Of a DNA stretch of 64,000 bases, positions 12,801 through 22,963 are shown piece by piece (within the stretch, counting starts at the first letter, position 1; the number at the start of each line of letters is the position of its first letter). This DNA comes from Patellaria atrata CBS 101060 (taxonomy: Eukaryota), in assembly GCA_010093705.1 (NCBI GenBank), contig MU006089.1, positions 2,715,561-2,779,560 of the forward strand. The letters are read 5' to 3'. The notes below the pieces were generated by a model that saw nothing but the letters and a program-made list of their open reading frames with translations, was not told where the DNA came from and ran no database searches. Both the position numbers and the translations under genes were made by a program.

Positions 12801-13846
12801 CTGCCCCATATACATCGCCCTCGCCCCATCAGTACGGAATCAGTGTGGACAAGCGTGAATTGAAATCTCTTCTTGGACCGCAGCACTCGGTCGATGGATT
12901 TCTCTCCAAAGTTTTCGAATTCAGGGCTCGTCGTGGCGTACTTGGAATCGCGACAAATTTCCACGAAAAGGTCTCTTATTGGGAAAACTCGATTGCATCT
13001 CCCGGAATAGAACGATTAGCCGATATTCACGATCTCCTTGTAGATTCCTCAAAGAACGGCTATACGTTCGAAGAATCAAAGTGGCGGGAATTTGTAAATA
13101 ATTGCGAGGATATAGTTATCAAAGCACCAAAGGAGCCAGCTTACAAATCGGCTGTGCAATGGAATGCACAACGACATAGTTCCGGTCCTGGAAGCATGAA
13201 CAACCAGTATAAAAAGGACCACATCATAGACCAGATCTACTTTGAACATGTGTTACCTAAATGCGACGAGATCCTCAAAGATATTGGGATTGTATTCGAG
13301 AACACCGTTGAGAGCGATGCTGATCTAGAAAGTCTGTACTTAGAGGAAAATCTGCATGCTGATCAAGCAATCAATGCAGAACTCGCAGAGCTTGTGAAAG
13401 CCTTGAAGGATCTTCACGCATTTTACGTGAATCTCGTCAGACCGCGTCACAACTTCAACGGATCAGAGGTGGAGCGGGATAGTTATGCTTCCAGCATACA
13501 AAAATGCTTCGAAAAGTACGAAAATATTTCTCCTAGTCGAACGGATGATCGGGTCATTAGGAGCTGGTTGAGAAAACGTTCCAAGGGAAGCTTTACCTAT
13601 TGGTCATTGTTGAAAGCTTCTGCGCTGTGGAGTAAACGGAAGGAGAATCAAAGATTTGTGCTCTCTATTGCCGGTAGAGAACTTGCGCAACTGAAAGCTG
13701 AGAGTGACGACAACTTCAGAACGGTTATTGGTGCCATGTATGCAAACATGAAACCAAGAAAATTCAAAGCTTCGCCACCAACTGAGGCTATTTCAAAAAA
13801 TGAGGACTCCGATTATGAAAGTGCCCTTGAGGATCAAGGGGTCTGA
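9857..13846 (+). CDS. qde-1: Cellular RNA-dependent RNA polymerase, QDE-1-like (quelling/RNAi)
   Basis: Intronless 1329-aa ORF with NDGCS, PSAFQGRIGGAKGVW, VARHPA and catalytic LQGGDYDGD. DYDGD rather than DLDGD points to the QDE-1 clade. Confidence 0.9.
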   Translation: MAPPSTPSGKTHEGVNEYITAIERQWNLGLTIRGETWSPLQGKADHNCHICVESIKYLFWMDKPQLDSVYEAFEKRAAHIRQRQKKLELLIDLLKKNYPTPKSGKGLASPKVLRPQGRIPPPDFTGEARAGAVRDSGEHLNKHLEDMFNRASTMSSNHMTAYATAEDTPPSTPRSAESSDEVYGTPPESPSLDRSIRQQRKRKSFDRTDGMHSPKLSRTSAGKQCIESISQRPRVETEFHDCIEEGYTLPKSPTRSPRSSISTQPDDYGFNSTAQASFQSNVPVVDTAQTSFANNVPNIELSSALAESLDEEMDDLLRKYERAQVVSPGTQSIVQSSTPPVSTRRQEPEHFQVRDLPNQGLFVSSPGAWVNSSSPFRFRYECQRVALVNSLPVEEVAPRYHSRFDDIDTLWAHFKEDNLILPKQPSQQAWGASVGDFREVTLKGSLSINPKNTGSLFKLSLEPLHIDISSRFQRAWGGDRFLYLNVPSFQGLKNHLSGPKQQQHLHNRYHEWLLTEKQFLGRTWRVLLLETKKPKKCGKRDKESAAQRLILFATHGCTLSPAPTAKRNDASIRDLIHWFMPLDKNRDQPYCKAYARLELGFSRTTPAITLKPSQVLYVPDKLPSPKFEEATEFDDHTLWRPYKVDQKNVMNDGCSIMSVGMAIYIWKTMNLPGQIPSAFQGRIGGAKGVWMLSAAVNTADAHHRDIWIEITESQRKFQPHDEDQDRCDATFEPHRLTFDVVAYTKATQSSTLHVAFLPILLDRGIPAKDLKSLMDHYLEAERIDLLEKMRNPVQTRQWISSEFSDITGQHGITWQAGLPEGISQRAKFLLDSGFDPKQLKTLAADMISLVETHLTKLKQSLSLQVSRSTYTMGVADPLGVLQPGEIHLAFSKTFVDEVNQESYQFLKDVDVLVARHPALRRSDIQRVQAVYKIELAHLVDVVVFPSTGSFPLASKLQGGDYDGDTFWLCWEPILTRNFKNAPAPYTSPSPHQYGISVDKRELKSLLGPQHSVDGFLSKVFEFRARRGVLGIATNFHEKVSYWENSIASPGIERLADIHDLLVDSSKNGYTFEESKWREFVNNCEDIVIKAPKEPAYKSAVQWNAQRHSSGPGSMNNQYKKDHIIDQIYFEHVLPKCDEILKDIGIVFENTVESDADLESLYLEENLHADQAINAELAELVKALKDLHAFYVNLVRPRHNFNGSEVERDSYASSIQKCFEKYENISPSRTDDRVIRSWLRKRSKGSFTYWSLLKASALWSKRKENQRFVLSIAGRELAQLKAESDDNFRTVIGAMYANMKPRKFKASPPTEAISKNEDSDYESALEDQGV

Positions 13847-14866
13847 CAGAGTTCTTCTTCGAGAGTAAGGCAGCATATAACATATCTAAAGTTTCTACGT
13901 TTCCTACATCCAGGACGTCGCGATTGCCAACTGCAAACAGGTTCTCCCCTTCTATTTAGTTGCTACCCGCTTTTTTGTTTTTTCCATGTTCGACACCCGT
14001 TCTGTTATGAGGTCTATCCCCTTGGCTCTGCGTACATCTCGGTTCGCTTGGAATTTTCGTTCCTGGTTTAACTTTAATAGAGATAGATCATTTTAGGCGG
14101 ATTGTTTTGGACTGATGGACCTGTAGCTCATGAAAATGAGCTTTCTCTTGTAACGTGAACAGTATCTCTTGAACGGGCATTTGCATTTAGTGTCTCAATC
14201 AAAACGTAGGGCTCTTGATTTCAACATTTGATCTTGACAGATCGTCGGGATACCTTAGAATTGATACAATTGCTTGATTGTTCTGCGTCTGGGGAGTAAC
14301 ACTCGTTATATACCAGAGCAAGTGGTAGTCTGTTGAGTCGTTGAGAGATATACCCTGTAGGTTCCGTGGTAATACCATACACTCCATCTTTCAACATCTC
14401 CACTCGATTTACATTCCCCTCTTACATGATCCTCGCAATGTTGCCTGACTTTGAACTACCCGACTTGCTGTTCTCTTTGAATTGATTATCTTCTTTGAAA
14501 AATCCTCGGTCCTATAGCGAAAAGGGATCTTTTAACGGATTAGTCGATTCTCTTGGATTCATTCTTTTCTCAGGGGCTAGGCAACAATACGGTCCGCCTT
14601 CGACAAATTATCCGTTCAAGGATTTCTATGTGATCAATCACGCTATTCCAACATAGGAAATAAAAAGGATCACATCTTGTGCGACCTAAGAAATACCTTG
14701 GATTATGCAATTTTTCTTATTTCCGTACCTTTGATTTTCAGCTAAGCGCGGTAGCCCCTTTTCAACAATTATTTAAACCCCGCAACTCCCGCCCCTCTTC
14801 CGATTCCTCTTGTCCTGATTTCCTCCTGTTAAGTACTTTCTTTTTGGGTCATCATTTGTAGTAAAC

Positions 14867-16165
14867 ATGCTTGACGATGTTGAGCTCGCGATTCCTAAAC
14901 AGGCGAGAATTCTTGTGACAGGCGCAAATGGGTTCGTTGCAAGCCACATTATTGACCAACTACTTTCGGCCGGATATAATGTTCGAGGTTCTGTAAGAGA
15001 TGTGAACAAGAACGCGTGGGTGGGGGCGCTCTTTGAAGAGAGATATGGTGCCAGAAATTTCGAACTTGTTAGCGTTCCTGACATGTCTAAGGATGGTTGC
15101 TTTGATGAAGCGGTCAAAGGTGAGAGTCAAGTTGTCCTCAAGGGCTCGCAGAAGCTGTGCTGATCAAGTGCTCGAAGGCTGTGCCGGCGTCGTCCACGTT
15201 GCGTCTATCATGTCCGGTAGAAGCCCTGAAGAAGTCATCCCGACCGTTGTTGCAGGAGGATTAAATGCCCTAAAATCTGCAGCAAAGGAACCAGCGGTCA
15301 AGAGGGTTGTTTATACATCCTCCTCGATCGCCGCAACATTTCCCAAACCAGATGAAAAGTTCGTAATTGATGAAAACTCGTGGAATGAGGAGTCCATCAA
15401 AACTGCATGGGCAGCTCCAGGAAAAGAACTTGGAATGTACAGAATGAATGTCTATGGTGCAAGTAAAGCTCAAACGGAGAAAGATTTGTGGAAATGGTAT
15501 GATGAGACTAAGCCGGCTTTTGAGTTCAGCACTGTGGTAAGATCAGCCTTAACTTCTTCATAAAAAGAGAAAAAAAATTCAACGCCTTGAGCACTCCAAT
15601 CCAAGTCAATGATCTGTACCTTTCATTTTACGAATGGAACCACAAATCTTAACATTCTCAGCTTCCTAACGTCAATTTCGGTCCCGTCCTTTCCCCGGAG
15701 CATCAAGGCTTCCCCTCCACCGTGGAATGGGCCCGCTACGTCTTCCTCGAGAAAGATATCTCCGGGCAAGCGAGCGCACTCCCTCGTAAGCCGCCCTTCT
15801 CACCCCGTTACTTTTGCCTGACCCCTTTTTCATGAACCCCCTATCTCTAACGAAAGCCCATAGAACATTTCATCTCAGTGCTAGACACCGCCAACCTACA
15901 CCTCGCCGCACTCCTGAACCCCTCCGTGCAGCACGAGCGCATCCTCGGCACCGCCGCACCGTATACCTGGGATGAGGTCATCGCTATCTTCCGCAAGCAT
16001 TTTCCGGAGAAGGAGTGGAAAAAGAGTTTTGCCCACCTGGGCCGGGATATCAGCGTAGTTAGGAACGAGAGAGCGAAGGAGCTGCTGGGCTGGATGGGAC
16101 GCAAGGAGGGGTTTAGGGGCTTGGAGGAGAGTGTGGATGAGATGGTGAAGGATTGGGTTGTTTGA
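14867..16165 (+). CDS. NAD(P)-dependent aldehyde reductase II / Gre2-like extended SDR; 4 exons
   Basis: ILVTGANGFVA Rossmann motif, VVYTSS, YGASK catalytic motif, LPNVNFGP. Introns at ~15120-15177, 15537-15661 and 15786-15862. Confidence 0.88.
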
Positions 16166-17158
16166 AGGGGTTGGTGACTTTCTTTTGGTGGCTACTCCAT
16201 GGCTTTTGGTATCGGAGCGGTTCTGGTGCCAATCAACTAGAGGTTGAATGTTCTATTGGACGCATGCGATGGAAATGGGTTGGCGAACGCTCGGTAGACT
16301 GATAAGGCTGTGCATTCCTATGATTCGGACGGATCAACGAGGTTGAATCCAATATGTAAGCGCGGCTTAGCCAGTCAGGCTGTGCACAAGTTATACGTTT
16401 AAGGTAGTCGTATACAGAGTACTTGTATGACGGACGCTGGGCTGAATCTATTGGTTCTTAATCATATGTACGGTCAGTCTTGTGATATTACGTGAACCTG
16501 TGTGGTAGTACACGATTATGAGTTCCGCTCACTCATCAGGTAGACGTAAGGAGACCTTGGCGGGCGATTTGAAAGGAGGTAATATAGCTAACAATTCTTA
16601 TTACTGGATATATACTACTCATTCTTCAGACGAAATCCCACTGTGACCGAATATGCAAACTTCTAATTAATTGGAAAAGTCTTGGCGTAAATAGTATTGA
16701 CTCAACTCTGCCTCTATCTTCTTGCTTTTCTTCTCATGACCTCGGTAGCTTGGGCCTCCCACAACAAGCATGGGCGATAGGCCCTGTTACACGGGCAGAT
16801 CATGACTGAACAGTTAGTTAAGCTACAAGTTGGAAATCCCTTTTCGGATGGTGTGAAATATATTGAAGAATCTAAAAGATATAGCAATGACCAACTTACA
16901 TTTCATGGATCCGATATTTATAACTTAACCGTCTGCAATTCGTTAAAGATGATTGGTGCCTTCATCTGGAAACTTATATATTAATCCGAGTAACTGGAAT
17001 TTTAAAACCACGTTCCGGTAGTATGTTACCGTGCATCGCGAGATAGATAAAGTTCGGGTACTAGCCACTATAGCTACTTTTCAGACCTGGAGCAATGCTC
17101 GAAGGACTTTCGTTCCGACCTAGACGTATTACTGAAAGGTGCGTCGGGGACACGACAC

Positions 17159-18201
17159 TTGAAGGCTGAAATTCGAAATTTAAAGACTTCAGCTAGAACT
17201 GAGGAAGAAATTATGACATCTGTGGTCCAGTCGCACCCAATTCAGATGGGCAAAAGAAACCCTTGGTCACCTTTGACGATTACTCGACCATCATTAAGGA
17301 CTGCGAAACCAGATGACCAAACCCATATTTTTCAACCGATTGATCCTGTCGGATCGTGGAAGTCGGAACGCGCTCGTATCGGCCCGGATAATCGCGTAGA
17401 ATCAATACTGTATACTGAAGTCCGGGGTACCGGTAATGACGAAACCGATATTCCAAGAGTACATTATGCGCTTCAGTATGAACCCGGAGCACAGTATAAT
17501 ATGACTCTGGTGACACCAGGATGTGAGGACATCGACAATGGTTTGAGTTGCGAGACAAGGGGTCAAATCAATGCTACCGTCTCTTCAAGAAGGATGGAAG
17601 GGGCGATAAGTTCTCTTGACTTTTCTGTCCGCATACTCAACCAGTCGAGTAAAATTAATAGATACGATGTTATATTCCAGGGCATCCTACCAGATGTCTC
17701 GAATCGTGGATCATTGAATGTGTCGGTAGCAGCACCCTTGAATATAGCAAAGTCATTTACAATGATAGCACCGCTGCTGCTGTTGAACCGAAGTCAATCT
17801 CTTACCGCTTCGTAAGTGTTCTAGTGAGGATTATCAGTGCATCCTGTTAACTGAGCTCGTACAGCGAAACTCTGTTATCGACTCCTGGATTGCAGATCAA
17901 CTTGCCTAAAACTCTTGCTACGGCTATTCTAAGCTCGACCGGGCTGCTCATCGTTCTCATTTCGTTGGGTCTTACTTATGAACGCTATGAACTCCGCCAG
18001 AGAAGGAGAGTAATGAAGTATGGAGATTCTGAGAAGCCAGAATTACATGGTAACTCGGCGGGGAGGATAGCGGGACGAAAGGAACTTGCTGAATCTGGGA
18101 TTCAGGAGATAGATTCGTTTACTCCGGTCTTCGTAGAAGCACCAGCGGAGGTTCCAATTAGTGAGATGCCGGCAACGAGAGATGCGGCAGAGTTAGCATG
18201 A
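17159..18201 (+). CDS. Putative single-pass membrane protein; 5' part uncertain or degenerate
   Basis: ORF 17159-17815 joins 17866-18201 via a GTAAGT..CAG intron. TM helix followed by basic residues and an ELHG..ELA..EMPA tail. Upstream signal-peptide-like text near 16700 is interrupted by stops. Confidence 0.5.
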
Positions 18202-18694
18202 AATGTGAGAATTAAAGAATCCGTTCAATGCTTTGAAGTATCAGATGAAGCTGATAGTCTCTTGAATTGATGAGAGAGGATGAATTTGAACAAACCTAAG
18301 GAACTAAAACTAGCTTAGTCAGGCAAAAGCCGAGCGGGCGAGACGGGAACCGAGATGGTTCAGCAGGAGCGAGGAGCAATTCCGCTTCTGACAAAGGACG
18401 AACATCTAACCATCAAATGCTCCATAAACCAGAGAGTGAGAAATACCTTTACGGCTTCTCAATATCCCAAAATGCTCGGTCAATACTGGTCTTTCTTGGA
18501 GATGCTTCCTTTCCTTACTTACTATGCGCCTTAAGTATCCTTCCCCCTCCTGGATCTACATTTCACAACTAGTCTTCTCTCCACGAACAGCTACAGCTTC
18601 TAAAGCCATCCTCAGTCAGACGTGTACACCGTATAGGTCTCCCTTCCAGGCAAATACCCAAACACAGTGTTTTGGCAATTGGACACGGTCCACA

Positions 18695-19579
18695 ATGCCA
18701 CGCGCTCCCGTTATCGCCCTCTCCCATGGTGGTGGCCCAATGCCTATCCTAGGCGGCTTCGGTCAAGAAGAGATCGTAAAGAGTCTAAAGACACGGGTGC
18801 CACAGGTCCTCAAGCTCGGAACTCCGGAAGAACCTCGTGCCATTATTTTGATTACAGCACACTGGTCTGAGAATCAGCCTACGATTTCGGGTGGGACCAA
18901 TCCTTCACTCTACTACGACTACTCCGGCTTCCCCCCTGAGGCATACCAATTCAAGTATCCTGCGCCCGGCTCACCGGAGATTGCTCAACAGATTGCCCAG
19001 GAACTTAAGGATGTAGGGTTCAAACCTGTTATGGATAAAGAGAGGGGATGGTAAGTGTAATGCTTAGAAGCCAGCAGAGACCATCTATACTAATGTTATC
19101 TCTGATACAGGGATCATGGCGTGTTCGTTCCAATTATGCTCATCAATCCCAGAGCGGACGTTCCCATCATTCAGATGTCTGTCCTCAAATCCGAATCTCC
19201 CACTGATCACTTCAAGATGGGACAAGCTCTCTCCCGTCTGCGTGATTCCAACATTGCCATCGTGGGCTCAGGTTTCGCATCCTTCCACAATGTACGCTTG
19301 TTATTTAGTGGCATTGCTGAGGAACCCTCGTTCCAACCGAAACATAGAGAATGGAATCGTGTTGTCACGGATGCCGTCGAGGCGACAGATCCTAAGCAAC
19401 GTTTAAGCAAATTTGATCAATGGCGAAATTGGCCAAGTAGCTACGATATGCATCCTAGGGGAGGTGCGGAGCATTTCTTACCGCTGGTTGTTTGTGCTGG
19501 AGCTGGGGGAGAAGGTAAAGCGAAGAGTTATACGGATGACTCGTGGGGATTGAAGATGTATTCTTATTACTGGGATTGA
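18695..19579 (+). CDS. Extradiol ring-cleavage dioxygenase class III (LigB / 4,5-DOPA dioxygenase-like)
   Basis: ALSHGGGP, ITAHW, YYDYSGFP, RGW-DHG across intron 19051-19109, GSGFASFHN, HPRGGAEHFLPL. Confidence 0.9.
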
Positions 19580-19928
19580 TATCGAAATCGGCCATCGATT
19601 TGACTTCCTTATTTGTTCTTAATGTAAATCGATTTTCTTAATCGTCTCTACTTACACAAGGTACTGGGGACCATAGCACGTATGACGATCATCATCACGT
19701 ATAGGTAATGTTGTGCATAAGAGGTAGTATGCAATTGATTTCAATTCAATTATTCGAGAAGTTCCTCAACCACTTTTCCTCCTTCGCTCTGCAGATCTTC
19801 GCAAGTCTCATTTCCTCATTCAACCATCAATCATAATTGTACATTCAGAGACCTCCGGCAGCTCAATTCAACTGATACCATATTAGCAGTTTTCGCAATA
19901 TAGGAATTTATCATCTTCAGCTTACCTC

Positions 19929-20636
19929 TCAGATAGTCTTGTCTTCTTCACCGTCATTCTCAAAACCTGGAAATGCATCCTCCTCGTTACCGAGCGGATC
20001 TGTAGAGCGCACACGGGAGTCAGTCTTATGTCCTTTTAATGTAAGATCAAAGAACAAAGACACACCCTCATACTCCTCCATCTCGGGCTTTGCGGCCTTC
20101 TTCTTAGCTGGTGACTCCTTGACTTTATTTCCCTTAGCCTCTTCATCATCGTCATCATCTATGGCGTTAGCCTTACGCTTCTTGCCTCCCGCACCGCCGG
20201 CAGCGGCAGCACTCCTCTTCACGGGAGTCTTCCTTGGAGTGTTCGGACCGGGGGTGGTGGACTTCTTAGGGGTCGAAGGGGTGGAAGCGGAACCAGCGAC
20301 ACCGAGTCCAGCTCCAGCGTCAGCGACAGCGCACATCTTCTTACGAATGGCGGCCATGGCATTGCGGGCGGAGCCGACGTTGGTGAAACCAGCGAGGGGA
20401 GCCATCTTGGCCCAGTCGATCTACGAGAGAAAGGCATGTGAGTCATTGTTTTGATTGCATGAGAAGAGCAAGGAAATTTTGGGGGATCGAGTGTAAGACG
20501 CGTAAGGATCAATTGGACTGAAGAGAAGAATGAGATGGAGGGTTTGTTTTGGTACCTCTGGTGGAGTCTTCAGGCTTTGGAACGCGCACGCCATGATTTT
20601 GGACTCGCGCTCCGTGAAGGTGATGTTCTCAGCCAT
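19929..20636 (-). CDS. Small basic fungal hypothetical protein (Myb/SANT-like N-terminus, low-complexity tail); 3 exons
   Basis: MAENITFTERESKIMACAFQSLKTPPE/IDWAKMAPLAGFTNVGSARNAMAAIRKK followed by a Lys/Pro/Ala-rich tail with KKRK. GT..AG introns at ~20555-20422 and ~20069-20001. Confidence 0.7.
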
Positions 20637-21529
20637 TGCGTTCTGTCAGGAGATGCAATTGGGGTTGTGCGGTGATGAAGATGCGTTATGCGATGATGTT
20701 GATCAGTGAATGCAGAAGATGGAAGATTTTGTGCGATTGACAGCGTTGCGTTGAGAAGTGTGTGTGCGTCCGAAAGAGTGAGTCAAGAAATAAGGAGCTG
20801 CATGCACGGCAGATGTTGTGTTGACATGCACATGATCATGTTGGATGCAAACAAAGCGGATGATTCACATGTGGAGCGGGCTCAGCATGTGTGGTGACTG
20901 TTCATGAATGTGATATATTTGATATTTTGTGAATATAAAGTTGAGTTTGATACGGCTTTTTTCAGACATAACATACATCTTATGCTACTTTCAAAGCGAA
21001 ATATACTCGTACACAGGTGAGCAGATACTGGGCATAAGCTGTATAAACCATTCTGAAGAAGAATTATATAAAGTCATATAGCGTAAAAGCTTCCTTCTAA
21101 GCTATGGGATCTATTTCAGACGACGCGCGTGAGTATACGACGTCGAGCTGCAACAGACAACGTGAAGCTCCCATCTGCCTACTACCTTACCAATTCGGGA
21201 TTCCGCCCACCAATCACCTCTCTCTATCCCAAACGGCACGCTCTACCTAGCGTTAAGGCAATCCTTTACTATACATATATAATGCGACACCTCACAACTA
21301 CCCCTCAATCTTCCAACCCACGTTCTATTCCTACTGAATTCCAAAAAAAATAAAATAAAATGTACAGTACTGTTTGATAGCAGACACCATACCTATTTCA
21401 TACACTCCCACTCCCTCATCGCCCAGTTGGCAAGGCAACCATTGTATCCTATCTCCATAAAAACCTCAAATCTCACAGTAATCGAAGACAGAAAGTAAAA
21501 CCAAATCCCCCCCAAAGAAAAAGATAAAC

Positions 21530-22401
21530 ATGAAAATCCGTCCCCCCCGCCGCCCCGACATCCCCGCCGTCGCCGCCATCAGTACCGCCGCATTTGGCGA
21601 CGACGACCTCCACAGATGGTTATTCCCGAACCGGCACCTCTCGCCGAACGATCTGTACCGGCTGCAGCTGCTGAAGGCCCGGCGCCGCTTCGTGGAGCCC
21701 TCGCGCTTGTGCATCGTCGCGGAGACGGAACCGGGGGACGCTGGATGGAGAGGGAAGCCGGAGGTGGTGGGGAAGGCGGTGTTCGAGCTGCGAGGGGGCG
21801 CGGGGAAGGGGGAGGGAGGGTGTGGGAGGAGCGACACGCTTGGAATGAGTATGTGGTTTGTCCCCTACGTTTGCTATATAGGACGTGGTGAGGGTGGGTG
21901 GATGAGGGGTTCGTGTGAGCCATATAAGATATAAACTGATCCACCCCAGAATTTGAAAGAGCCCTGATCGACTTAGAGATGGAGTACGAGAAACGGGTCA
22001 ACGACCACACCTCCTCCCCCTCCCGTATTGCTGCCTTCTTCAACGCCATGAACTACAATCTCACCATCGACGGCGGGTACTGGTACCTTCGCTCGCTCTC
22101 CGTTTCTCCGCAAAGCCAACGTCAAGGCGTAGGTGCTGAGCTCTTGAAGTGGGGGCTCAGGCATGCTGATGCGGAAGGGGTGCCGATGGAACTGGAGGCC
22201 AGTCCGGCGGGGGAAGGGTTGTATCGGAAGTTAGGGTTCAAGCTGTTTTATGAGAAGCGGTTCGTAAAAGACGGGTTTGGTCATACGATTGTTGCAATGC
22301 TTTGGGAGCCGGAGAGATTGAGAGGTAGATGGATTAACGAGGATGACCAGGGCAGGTGGAAGTTGAATGAGAAGTACGGTAAATTCACTGTACCTCAATA
22401 G
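21530..22401 (+). CDS. GNAT-family N-acetyltransferase
   Basis: WYLRSLSVSPQSQRQGVG (acetyl-CoA motif A) and LEASPAGEGLYRKLGF (motif B). Intron ~21848-21949. Confidence 0.85.
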
Positions 22402-22963
22402 GGATTTTTAGTAATTTTCTAAACGTTATACCCATATCTCTTGGTACTGCTCGGGCTGCTATATTCATCCCATAAGCTCCCCAGAGGAGACGTAAGGCTT
22501 CAGTAGATCCTCTGAGGCATATCCGTTGGACACTCGCACCTTTGTAGTTCCTTTGCGCACTCTGGCTCATTACGTACAGCTAAGCTAGGGATATATTTGG
22601 GAACAACAGTATAGAAACTGTAATAATGCCATAGCAAGGAAAAGATACCATAAAATGATTCTGAATCATGCGAAGAAAGGAAGAGAAGCTTGTATGGTGA
22701 CGTATTTTACGAAAGACAAGTTCTTGTTAACCTACGAAGTAACTTTCTGCATTGCATAATAATGTTTGTCTCGCGCATACATACACGGTAGACCATTTCA
22801 TACAAATCGGTCTTAGAGGGCATCGAAATTAGGTTAAAATGAGGGTATCGATATGGATTTGCATTTCTTCGTTCCAAAACATAAACCTATCCACATCATC
22901 AAAAGGGTAACTAACGTAGAATGTCCGCTCGCGGACGTATCTCCAACTCTTTAGACTTGATAT

